From IMG/VR virus record IMGVR_UViG_3300027608_000011: a stretch of DNA of 64,000 bases. The stretch is one strand, 5' to 3'. The DNA comes from a virus. Lineage: Duplodnaviria > Heunggongvirae > Uroviricota > Caudoviricetes. Below, piece after piece: positions 18,177 to 26,854 of the stretch (the first letter of the stretch is position 1; each line of letters opens with the position of its first letter). The notes below the pieces were generated by a model. It saw only the letters and a list, made by a program, of their open reading frames with translations. It was not told where the DNA came from and made no database searches. Both the position numbers and the translations under genes were made by a program.

Positions 18177-18944
18177 ATGAAAACGACCGGACATAGCATT
18201 AAATTATTTTGGCCTGTACATTTGGCCGCCCTAATAGGAACTATTTGTTTGTTCCTGTACGGGGACTTATCTTACCTGTGGCTATGGCCCGTGGGTTGGG
18301 TACTTATCAGCGGCCTTGGCAGTGCAATTGGCTTACATCGTGTTCTTAGTCATAAATGTATTCCAGAAATGAGTTCATTTACAAGAAAAGTACTTACATT
18401 GTTAGGCTGTATGGCTGGACAAGGTAGTCCTATTTTTTGGGTAGCATTACATAGAGGCTACCACCACAATCATGCAGACACATTACGAGACATCCACAGT
18501 CCTATCCATGGCAAATTTCACGCTTATCTGAGTTGGAGTTGGAAAATTACTCCCACTGATGTTAGCTTGAAATATGCAGTAGATTTGCTACGTGATAAAT
18601 TCCAAGTATGGGTACACACAAACTATTATAGAATAGTATGGGGTGTAATATTAGTAACTGCCTTAATCAACTGGCAAGTAGCCGTTGGGCTAATACTAAT
18701 CCCAATGATTACTGGAATACATCAAGAAGCTTGCGTCAATCTATTTTGCCATTGGAATGGTTTAGGTTATAGGAACCATGAAATCAAAGACAATAGTACA
18801 AATGTGCCACTGCTTGGTTATTTTGCGTGGGGTCAAGGATGGCATAACAATCATCACAAACACCCGGGCAATTTTAACTTTGGCGAAAAATGGTGGGAAT
18901 TTGATCCATGCATGATATTCTATCCTATACTTAAACGAATCTAA
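18177..18944 (+). CDS. Membrane fatty acid desaturase (delta-9/OLE1-DesC-like)
   Basis: His boxes HRVLSH, HRGYHHNH, HNNHH; DIHSP; WWEFDP; hydrophobic helices; TAAATA at 18166-18171. Confidence 0.93.
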   Translation: MKTTGHSIKLFWPVHLAALIGTICLFLYGDLSYLWLWPVGWVLISGLGSAIGLHRVLSHKCIPEMSSFTRKVLTLLGCMAGQGSPIFWVALHRGYHHNHADTLRDIHSPIHGKFHAYLSWSWKITPTDVSLKYAVDLLRDKFQVWVHTNYYRIVWGVILVTALINWQVAVGLILIPMITGIHQEACVNLFCHWNGLGYRNHEIKDNSTNVPLLGYFAWGQGWHNNHHKHPGNFNFGEKWWEFDPCMIFYPILKRI

Positions 18945-20491
18945 TGACCTCAGACATTGTAATTTTTACAGAATTTACCAGCACGACAGTATTCCAAAGA
19001 CTACTGGGCGCATATCGAATCGCCACCGAACTACGTAAAAATGGATATACTGTACAAGTAGTAGACTATTTTACTGAATGGAACTTGGACGAATTGAAAC
19101 TAATCGTCGATAAGTTTGTTGGACCAAATACATTATTTGTAGGATTCAGTAGTACACTGTACGCCATCAGAGACGAAGCACTTAGTGATAATAGTAGGCC
19201 CAATCATTATAGAAGAGAATTACGCTATACTGAGGACTTCCCGTTTAAACCAGAAGTAAGTCATGCATTTATTTCCCATATTAGAGAAGTAAACTCTAAC
19301 ACAAAAATAGTATTAGGTGGACAACGTAGTCAATACAAAAACAGTAAACTTGTTGATTGTTTCATTCACGGATACGCCGACCATACTACCGTTGAATATG
19401 CACATTTTTTAGCTGGCAAACCATATGATGCATCTGTACTTAAAATGGTTCCAATTAACGATAAACAAATAGAAGTAGATTGGATTAAAGATCCCGAATG
19501 GAATTTCCAGACTAGTCAAGTATTATGGCAACCTAATGATTTAATTTATGAAAACGAAGTGTTACCTATAGAGATTAGCAGGGGTTGTATTTTTAGATGC
19601 GACTTTTGTAGTTTTCCAATGAATGGTAAAACTAAATTAGATTACATCAAAGATCCAGGCCCATTAAGAGAAGAATTCATACGTAACTATGAGCAATGGG
19701 GTATTACTAATTATATTTTTGCGGATGATACATATAACGATAGCATCTATAAAGTAGAAAAACTTTACAATGAAGTGTTTTCTAAATTGCCATTTAAAAT
19801 ACAGTTTAGTGCTTATTTGAGACACGACTTAATATATCAGAATAGAGACATGGCTCCTCTTTTAAAAGAAAGTGGCTTGAAGACGTGTGTGTTTGGATTA
19901 GAGACTATGAATCACGATAGTGCAAAATCTATCGGTAAAGGTCTTCATCCAGAAAAAGGTAAAGAATTACTGCATTGGCTCAGGGACGATGAATGGGGCA
20001 AAGATATAACAATGAGTAGCGGATTTATTGTTGGGCTACCACATGAGACCGAGGAAACATTTAGAGAATGGATGAAGTGGGTTGAAGATCCGAATTGTCC
20101 ATTAGATGGTTATACAGTAGAGCCCTTGGGATTTAATATTAACGAAAAGAAAATATGGCCCAGCAAATTTGAAGCTGATCCCGAATCATATGGTTATACC
20201 ATTGTTAATAAAGGTGTTGCAAATAACAGTTTCTTTAAATGGAGTCTATGGACCAACAAGCATATGAGTCTGCCTAAGGCATGGGCGCTTGCTGACGAAT
20301 ATATTATGCGAGGATATCGCAGTGGCAGGATCAGGCCTGCTGGTTTTTTCCAATTCATGTGGATGAATGGTACTGGATTAACTGCCGATGATTTAGCAGG
20401 AATGAGTGTTAAAAATGTCAGTGCAACATTTCTTAAAGATAAGAAAGCTGAATGGTTTGACCAATACAAGACACGCCTTTTTAATTTATAA
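18944..20491 (+). CDS. B12-binding radical SAM enzyme
   Basis: N-terminal cobalamin-type domain (GAYRIATELR, VGFSST, IVLGG), SRGCIFRCDFC, DDTYND, GLET, FIVGLPHET. Confidence 0.9.
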   Translation: MTSDIVIFTEFTSTTVFQRLLGAYRIATELRKNGYTVQVVDYFTEWNLDELKLIVDKFVGPNTLFVGFSSTLYAIRDEALSDNSRPNHYRRELRYTEDFPFKPEVSHAFISHIREVNSNTKIVLGGQRSQYKNSKLVDCFIHGYADHTTVEYAHFLAGKPYDASVLKMVPINDKQIEVDWIKDPEWNFQTSQVLWQPNDLIYENEVLPIEISRGCIFRCDFCSFPMNGKTKLDYIKDPGPLREEFIRNYEQWGITNYIFADDTYNDSIYKVEKLYNEVFSKLPFKIQFSAYLRHDLIYQNRDMAPLLKESGLKTCVFGLETMNHDSAKSIGKGLHPEKGKELLHWLRDDEWGKDITMSSGFIVGLPHETEETFREWMKWVEDPNCPLDGYTVEPLGFNINEKKIWPSKFEADPESYGYTIVNKGVANNSFFKWSLWTNKHMSLPKAWALADEYIMRGYRSGRIRPAGFFQFMWMNGTGLTADDLAGMSVKNVSATFLKDKKAEWFDQYKTRLFNL

Positions 20492-20502
20492 GAGAGACAG
20501 AT

Positions 20503-21120
20503 ATGTGGATGCACATTTTAACTACAAGCCTAAATAGGGTATTGTTACACGCCCCCGAGAAGAAACATTTATATTTTATTAATGAATGCTTTTTTGATAC
20601 TCACGTTTATACTGGACAATTAGATAACAGTTTAGAACCTCAGTTCAGGTCTACTCCAACTGATTTTATACTGCAAGGATCTAACATTGTTTTTAGTCCT
20701 GTACCAAATGATGATATTTCCAATCTAAGAAAATTTGCTGAATATAAGCAAATGTGCTATTATGATTTATTAACTAAAATAGGATTAGCTAGAGTCAAGG
20801 AACAAGACAAAGTAACTGGACAGGCTGAAATTTATAAAATGAAATATGATCAAGCATTGTTACTACAACAAAACAATTATGATCCTACAAACATTAATGC
20901 TCCGCTAGTAGTTGATTATGCAGAACTAGACAACTGCACTATTAAACAAAGTGCGGATCAAATTATTTTACAATATACAATGCACCAAGAGTCTCTACAG
21001 AAAACAGAATGGTTTAGAATAAAATATTTAAGGCTAATTAAGCAATCACAAACTGCCGAAGAATTAAAACAAATTGCAAAAGATTTGCATAAAGAAACCT
21101 TTTTAAACATACTCTTATGA
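20503..21120 (+). CDS. Hypothetical protein; helical C-terminus resembles tail-fibre-associated proteins
   Basis: GQAEIYKMKYDQA...PLVVDYAE...TEWFRIKY...IKQSQTAEEL pattern. Confidence 0.5.
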   Translation: MWMHILTTSLNRVLLHAPEKKHLYFINECFFDTHVYTGQLDNSLEPQFRSTPTDFILQGSNIVFSPVPNDDISNLRKFAEYKQMCYYDLLTKIGLARVKEQDKVTGQAEIYKMKYDQALLLQQNNYDPTNINAPLVVDYAELDNCTIKQSADQIILQYTMHQESLQKTEWFRIKYLRLIKQSQTAEELKQIAKDLHKETFLNILL

Positions 21121-22190
21121 AATCACTATTATATTATAATCAATTAGATGTATATAAACCTGAATGGTGTAAAGATGTGCCTGCATTGAAGACCTATAGT
21201 GTGTTTAGTAAAGCATTTAATAGTGGTATTAGTTTAGTTGATAGAACTGGTACTATAAAACTACCGTTCAATGTAGTTAACAGACATCCCATGCCTACTA
21301 AACAAGATATGTCATTAACATTTGAAGAACTATGTTATCAGACATGGGATAAAATAGAACAACATATTAAGCAAACAATGTTGCGTCCTGTTATTATGTA
21401 TAGCGGCGGCATTGACAGTACATTAATAGTTTCATTAATGCATACCTATGCAAGTCCTGAGTTTAAAGAACGACTATTAATTATATTAAACACTAATAGT
21501 ATACAAGAAAATCCAATATTTTACGAAAATATAATTAAACGCAACTATACTATGGCTAGTAGTAATTCATTTGAAAATTATTTTAATGAGTTTAACTATA
21601 TAATTACCGGCGAGTTTGCTGATAACGTATTTGGCAGTTTGACATTAAAATCTAGCATAGACTTTTTTGGCACAGAAAGCATTATTCAAAACAATTACAA
21701 AGTATTTGCTTATGATTTCTTCAATCATAAAATTCAAAATGAAACCGAGACTAAATTCTTCTTAGATCAAATGGAGCAGTTAATTGCTACTTGTCCATGG
21801 AAAATTAAAAGTTGGAGCGACTACTTATGGTATCAAAATTTTGCAATGAAATGGCAAGCAGTTGAATTTAGAATATTGAGTCATAAAAATGCAGACTTAA
21901 CAATTAACGATGATTATATCTCTAAACATATTTGTCATTTTTGGCAAAGTCAGGAATGGCAACAATGGGCCCTAAACAATCCTGAAGATAAAATACAAAA
22001 CAAATGGACTAGTTATAAACTTCCTGCAAAAGAGCTAATCTTTAAACTGACTGGCGACCGGGAATATTTCATACGTAAGACTAAATTTCCTAGCTTGCCC
22101 GGCGTGTTTAGATACAGACGTGTAAGTAATTTCATAACAGACAAATTCGAGTTTGTAAGTGATATAGATATTAAGGAATACCTATGTTAA
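21117..22190 (+). CDS. PP-loop ATP pyrophosphatase (asparagine synthetase C-domain-like)
   Basis: IMYSGGIDST, ITGEFADNVFG (asparagine synthetase GEGAD-like), YKLPAK..I, K.K.PSL; no glutaminase domain. Confidence 0.8.
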   Translation: MKSLLYYNQLDVYKPEWCKDVPALKTYSVFSKAFNSGISLVDRTGTIKLPFNVVNRHPMPTKQDMSLTFEELCYQTWDKIEQHIKQTMLRPVIMYSGGIDSTLIVSLMHTYASPEFKERLLIILNTNSIQENPIFYENIIKRNYTMASSNSFENYFNEFNYIITGEFADNVFGSLTLKSSIDFFGTESIIQNNYKVFAYDFFNHKIQNETETKFFLDQMEQLIATCPWKIKSWSDYLWYQNFAMKWQAVEFRILSHKNADLTINDDYISKHICHFWQSQEWQQWALNNPEDKIQNKWTSYKLPAKELIFKLTGDREYFIRKTKFPSLPGVFRYRRVSNFITDKFEFVSDIDIKEYLC

Positions 22191-22235
22191 CAAACACCGC
22201 AACAAGAATACCTATGTTAACAAACACCGCAACAA
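22176..22235 (+). repeat. Perfect 30-bp tandem duplication spanning a gene junction
   Basis: GAATACCTATGTTAACAAACACCGCAACAA at 22176-22205 and 22206-22235. Confidence 0.97.
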
Positions 22236-22849
22236 AACTAAATGATAGCCATATGGATCAAGTACTCGAAGTATATGAAACACAGACATCTAATATTAGA
22301 GTCAAGCTAACTAAAAACTTAGATATATACTTTAGGAAAGCATTTGAAACTGCCAGTTTAAATAAACTAGGTCATAGTTTATGGGGGCATTTTGACGACA
22401 ATAATACATTAACTATGTTTGCAACAAAGACTAATTGGACTAGTATGCCGTTTTATACCGTGGGCAATGTATTCGCACACAAAGATCGCGGGCATGTTTT
22501 AACCCATGACGGACTAGATGTTATTGGCAGATTTTTACGAGACATCTTTTATGCCGGTATCCAAGAAGAACGATTTACAGCGTTTATGGCTAGAGATTAC
22601 AGAAATGTAATTGCTACTAATAAAGGCATACGTAAACTGCCTACTACTACTCGAAGCGATTTATATTCCCAATCATTGTTAGAAATTGTGCCTCCTTACA
22701 GTAGGGCCAAATACGAATACGGTAGTAACATACTAGGAATACTGGAAGGCAGAAATCCGCATCCTGTTATTATTCGTAGTTTAACCGTTAAATCTAGTGA
22801 AAATACTATAGTTAATACACATTTGGACGCAGAGTTCATTATAAACTAA
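22184..22849 (+). CDS. GNAT-like protein, paralog of 17551-18165
   Basis: KLNDSHMDQV, LWGHFDD, EIVPPYSRA motifs align by eye with the 17551 protein. Confidence 0.55.
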   Translation: MLTNTATRIPMLTNTATKLNDSHMDQVLEVYETQTSNIRVKLTKNLDIYFRKAFETASLNKLGHSLWGHFDDNNTLTMFATKTNWTSMPFYTVGNVFAHKDRGHVLTHDGLDVIGRFLRDIFYAGIQEERFTAFMARDYRNVIATNKGIRKLPTTTRSDLYSQSLLEIVPPYSRAKYEYGSNILGILEGRNPHPVIIRSLTVKSSENTIVNTHLDAEFIIN

Positions 22850-22873
22850 ATATATGCAATACGGAGATATACT

Positions 22874-23182
22874 ATGAGTATAAAAATTATTACTATTTTA
22901 AAGCGTCCATCACCTGAGGTTGAGTTTTTCTTTGCCCAGTATCGAGAGCACGACGTTATGAAGTCAATGAGAAATAATGCAATGGAACACGATGGCTTTC
23001 TTGGTTCTGCTATGGAAATAACTGACGATAAACTTACTTGTACAGTAACCTTAGAATTCACTGACGATAATCAATTGAGAACATTTGTCAATGAAAATGA
23101 AGAGTTCATGATTCAACGTGGTATCTTAATGGACGAATGGTGTCAGAATCCTGGATGTACGTTTGACGTATATATCGGTTAA
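22874..23182 (+). CDS. Small protein, possible dimeric alpha-beta barrel
   Basis: RBS GGAG, TAAATA at 22847-22852; HDGFLGS...TVTLEFTD pattern. Confidence 0.6.
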   Translation: MSIKIITILKRPSPEVEFFFAQYREHDVMKSMRNNAMEHDGFLGSAMEITDDKLTCTVTLEFTDDNQLRTFVNENEEFMIQRGILMDEWCQNPGCTFDVYIG

Positions 23183-23979
23183 CGCTTTTCACCGATAATC
23201 ATATATCTGGACCATTTATTAAATGAGATGCATCCAGAATATTTGATATCAACTCTAGACTCGACCATTTCTTCAAACTGTTTTAGATCACTTACACAAT
23301 TTATGTGATCCGGCATTTCAAACATATTATTATTCTGTAATACCAATCGCTTACCGGTTGGTATCATGTCTAGCCAACGATAGATATTAGGGATATGTTC
23401 ACATATCGTATTGATTATAGTATCTGCGTTACTATAATCTATATCGTAGATATCCTTGTTAATTGCAGTATACTTGATATCTCTGTTTAATATTTCGCCG
23501 GCCTTATTAGCAGTATCGTCAATATCAAAGCTAGTTATATTACTAGTAGAAGAATTATGGTCAAATATTATTCGTCCTATAGTGCCAATCCACCCGCCAC
23601 AGAGATATAATTCTCCAACGTTATATTCTTTTAATTGTACAGCCGCCCATACTTTACTTTGTATTTGAAATCTACTAAGTCCGTCTTTCCAGTTAACTGT
23701 ACTATACGTGTTCATTGCTATCTTAAGATTATCCAAGAATCTAGGCAGTACACACTGAGTTAGCAACAGTAGTTCTATTAATGTTTCTACATCATCTGTT
23801 AATCGATCAAGTCCGGCACTTGTTTTATTTCTAAGAAAATTCGGCACGGTGTCTAGAACTTTATATTGATGTTGTTTACCTGGGTTATGTGCGTAGTCGT
23901 ATATTGCTCTAAATATCTTAGGATGAGTTTGAACCAACACCCATTCATCTAGTCCGTATAGTAAATCTTTAGTTTTCAT
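23179..23979 (-). CDS. Class I SAM-dependent methyltransferase-like protein
   Basis: QIQSKVW, LCGGWIG (motif I), SFDID (motif II), IINTICEH, LQNNN, RYMIIG. Confidence 0.8.
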   Translation of the reverse strand: MKTKDLLYGLDEWVLVQTHPKIFRAIYDYAHNPGKQHQYKVLDTVPNFLRNKTSAGLDRLTDDVETLIELLLLTQCVLPRFLDNLKIAMNTYSTVNWKDGLSRFQIQSKVWAAVQLKEYNVGELYLCGGWIGTIGRIIFDHNSSTSNITSFDIDDTANKAGEILNRDIKYTAINKDIYDIDYSNADTIINTICEHIPNIYRWLDMIPTGKRLVLQNNNMFEMPDHINCVSDLKQFEEMVESRVDIKYSGCISFNKWSRYMIIGEKR

Positions 23980-24097
23980 TTTTAATTTTTATTAGTGTGC
24001 CGCTGACTTCTTGTCTAGGTTTAGGAAAGTATGTCCAATTATGATACAATATTGCAAACATGCAAACGTACACAATAATTTCAACTTTAGTTTTCAT
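23969..24097 (-). CDS. Unannotated 42-aa membrane peptide
   Basis: MKTKVEIIVYVCMFAILYHNWTYFPKPRQEVSGTLIKIKNEN; ATG overlaps the upstream TGA and the stop overlaps the downstream start, filling the gap exactly. Confidence 0.65.
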   Translation of the reverse strand: MKTKVEIIVYVCMFAILYHNWTYFPKPRQEVSGTLIKIKNEN

Positions 24098-26178
24098 TTG
24101 TTTGCAGAATGTGTAATCCACTGCTCATGTAGCCAATCAAAATCGTTTATTAGATTTATATCGTTCGTATTTTGCCTGACCCAGTCTCTTCCAGCTTGTG
24201 CGCCACTAACAGTCCAGTCGCCGTTTTCAACTCCAAGGTTAACAGAACACCAAACTTCTAAACGCTTGTCGGTTTCTTCATCAACTTGATTTTTAATTAA
24301 TTTACTAGATAATTTAGCGGCTTCTCTAAATCCACTTCGCCATGCTGTTTCGGGATCACTGTTAAATTCAGTTGTGCCTATTGTTCTAGGAATTACTGTG
24401 AACTTGGCTCCTATACTAGTAGCTAAGTCTATATTCCATTTAGTTGCGTTTCTCAATAATTCTGTTGGAAATAATTTGACGCCGCCGAAGCCATAACTTA
24501 ATCCATTGACTACATTCTTTACATGCCATACGTATACCACATCTCTATCATGTAACTTGGGATAATTGTCGAATGTAAATCTACCATCTACCACACAATC
24601 TGCATCTACTAGAAAGAACATATTGCTGGATACTACATTGGCGGCGGCTTTATGTGCTTCTAATAAACCTTTTACTCCGTTTATTCTATGTAGCTTGGTC
24701 TTGTTGTGTATTAGCTTATCTAATTTTTTATAATTTTCATCGGCATATGGTTCGTTATTACTTAAAAATACAATATCAAATTCTTCTTCTATACATCCAT
24801 GATCCCATACTTTAACTGCTGTCTTTTGTAATCTGGGCGTTAGTTCTGTTCCGAGCGGAACAAGATAGCATCCAGCCCAGTCGGTTACTCGACCACTCTT
24901 TGGATTTGTCATCATAAACACATGCACTTTATCTTCGTTACCACGGGCTGGCATATATTTTTGATTCCACTTAACGCCTGGACTACAGAATTTATCAAAG
25001 TGCCAATATAGTTTAGTATCTCCTGGGCCCATACTCCAATTATACATATAAGGGCGTATATACCCATGCTCTTTATATTCGGGAGGATTGTCTATAAAAG
25101 ATATCTTAACACCATATCTTTTATCGGTGCCTTCACAATACCATACATGTAAAAACTGTAGTGAATCATAGCTAGGTATAAAACTATCAGTTACCACCGA
25201 CCAGTTGTACAATTGAAAATCTGGATTTATAATTATTTTAGGAACTAGATTTAATTTGACTTGCCCCATATCAATGTCGCCGCGGCAGTCTGCACTTGGA
25301 GTTAATCTAATTGCCCATATTCTTTCTCCGGGGGGTGTATAACTAGAATCTAAATACCAAGTATGTGTTAGCTTCATTGAATCAGCCAATGGCCTGTAGT
25401 CAAAATCAAAATTTTCAAATTTGATATTATCAAATAATGGATTAACCTCCCATGTCATGTCTTTATAAAACTCCTCGGGTATTGCATTTATAGTTCCTTG
25501 CAATACTGATCCGATAAAATTGTTCGGTTCCAATTTGTATGCCCATACATCATAGTTTGGCAAATTGATATCACCAGTTAAATTCCAAACATGACAATAA
25601 TTACCTTGACTGTAATGTAATGTTGCTTGGGGTATGTCTGTGTATAGGCTAGCAGGCAAGGCTGTATTTGTGACTAAATTAAACTGATTTTTTACATTAT
25701 TGTGTACAATTTTAATGCCTTCTGAGTCAGGAACATAAGAAATTCTTACGGCCTCGACAACTTCACCGTCAGTAGTACTGGTATCAAAATGCCAAACATG
25801 GTCATATTTTAAATCATATGTTGGAGGCAATAACGTTAGCATTTCATCTGTCTTGCCGTTATAATAAGGACTACACGATATGGATCTTCGTGGACGCACG
25901 GGGTATTGTATATATGAATCATTCCAGCCCGCCGGTATTAATTTTACTAACCAAAAACTTCTATCTTCCCAGACCCATAAATGCAAATGGCGTTTTTCAT
26001 ATGATACTGGAATAAATTTCCAATCAAAGTTTTCAAATACTTCTGTGTCTTTTATTTCGGCATTAACAAACCATGTCGTTAGGCCATCGGCCATTTTATA
26101 TAACTCTTTGTCAGTATATGGCTTATCAACTAATATTACTTGAAACGTTGTATTCTGTTGTAATTCTATTAAATTCAT
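24094..26178 (-). CDS. Glycosyltransferase (GT-A) with N-terminal HxW repeats
   Basis: C-terminal FDIVFLS.NEP, LVDADC (DxD), YGFGGVKL, AWRSGFRE; six repeats upstream. Confidence 0.75.
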   Translation of the reverse strand: MNLIELQQNTTFQVILVDKPYTDKELYKMADGLTTWFVNAEIKDTEVFENFDWKFIPVSYEKRHLHLWVWEDRSFWLVKLIPAGWNDSYIQYPVRPRRSISCSPYYNGKTDEMLTLLPPTYDLKYDHVWHFDTSTTDGEVVEAVRISYVPDSEGIKIVHNNVKNQFNLVTNTALPASLYTDIPQATLHYSQGNYCHVWNLTGDINLPNYDVWAYKLEPNNFIGSVLQGTINAIPEEFYKDMTWEVNPLFDNIKFENFDFDYRPLADSMKLTHTWYLDSSYTPPGERIWAIRLTPSADCRGDIDMGQVKLNLVPKIIINPDFQLYNWSVVTDSFIPSYDSLQFLHVWYCEGTDKRYGVKISFIDNPPEYKEHGYIRPYMYNWSMGPGDTKLYWHFDKFCSPGVKWNQKYMPARGNEDKVHVFMMTNPKSGRVTDWAGCYLVPLGTELTPRLQKTAVKVWDHGCIEEEFDIVFLSNNEPYADENYKKLDKLIHNKTKLHRINGVKGLLEAHKAAANVVSSNMFFLVDADCVVDGRFTFDNYPKLHDRDVVYVWHVKNVVNGLSYGFGGVKLFPTELLRNATKWNIDLATSIGAKFTVIPRTIGTTEFNSDPETAWRSGFREAAKLSSKLIKNQVDEETDKRLEVWCSVNLGVENGDWTVSGAQAGRDWVRQNTNDINLINDFDWLHEQWITHSANK

Positions 26179-26854
26179 TGTTTATCCAATCGAAGTCATT
26201 GATTAATTTTAATGCTGGTAAGTTGTTTTTATTCTTTAATCCGTATTCTTTGCCTGCTAATGCTCCGCCATACGAATAGAACCCGTACGGCACATTATTG
26301 TTTAATTGACACCATGCATCGAGTCTTTCTAAAGTTATACTATCATCACTAATTATACCACTGGCCAACTTTGTACATTCTCTAAATGCACTACGCCACG
26401 TACTAAACGGATCTGTATTAAATGCAGTTACGTTTGATATTTCGTTTTTGCTTACAAATTCGGCTCCCATACTAGTTGCTAAGTCTACTTTCCATTCGGA
26501 TATAGATAGCAATAAATCCTTGCGATACAATTTTACGCCGCCATAACCATATATTAGATTATTAATGGGATTAATACTATTCCAACAAAATACACATTCA
26601 TTGGATGGAATTCTGCCATATATTAATTCAGTTGGGGTCGGGGTATAATCAAAATTAAAAGTTTCTACTATTTGTGCATCTGCATCTACAATGTAAAAAT
26701 TATTAGTCATACTTTTTCGGGCCGCGGCCTGATGTGCTAGTAATAAACCTTTTACTCCGCTAACTCTCTTTGCATGTGGTGCATACGTTAATAGTAATTT
26801 AAAGTTGTCGTCTGCATATGGTTCTTGGTATGACAGGAATATAACATCAAGCAT
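26126..26854 (-). CDS. Glycosyltransferase (GT-A, GT2-like)
   Basis: DVIFLSYQEP, IVDADA, YGYGGVKL, WRSAFRE. Confidence 0.8.
   Translation of the reverse strand: MLDVIFLSYQEPYADDNFKLLLTYAPHAKRVSGVKGLLLAHQAAARKSMTNNFYIVDADAQIVETFNFDYTPTPTELIYGRIPSNECVFCWNSINPINNLIYGYGGVKLYRKDLLLSISEWKVDLATSMGAEFVSKNEISNVTAFNTDPFSTWRSAFRECTKLASGIISDDSITLERLDAWCQLNNNVPYGFYSYGGALAGKEYGLKNKNNLPALKLINDFDWINNEFNRITTEYNVSSNIS

Noticed and set aside
16622-22190. Lasso peptide gene cluster
   Set aside because: PP-loop enzymes are present, but no precursor peptide, transglutaminase-like protease or PqqD/RRE gene is visible.
13413-23182. Host chromosomal DNA or a prophage boundary
   Set aside because: The cluster overlaps phage thyX, has similar AT-rich composition and phage-type TAAATA boxes, and is flanked by phage genes on both sides.
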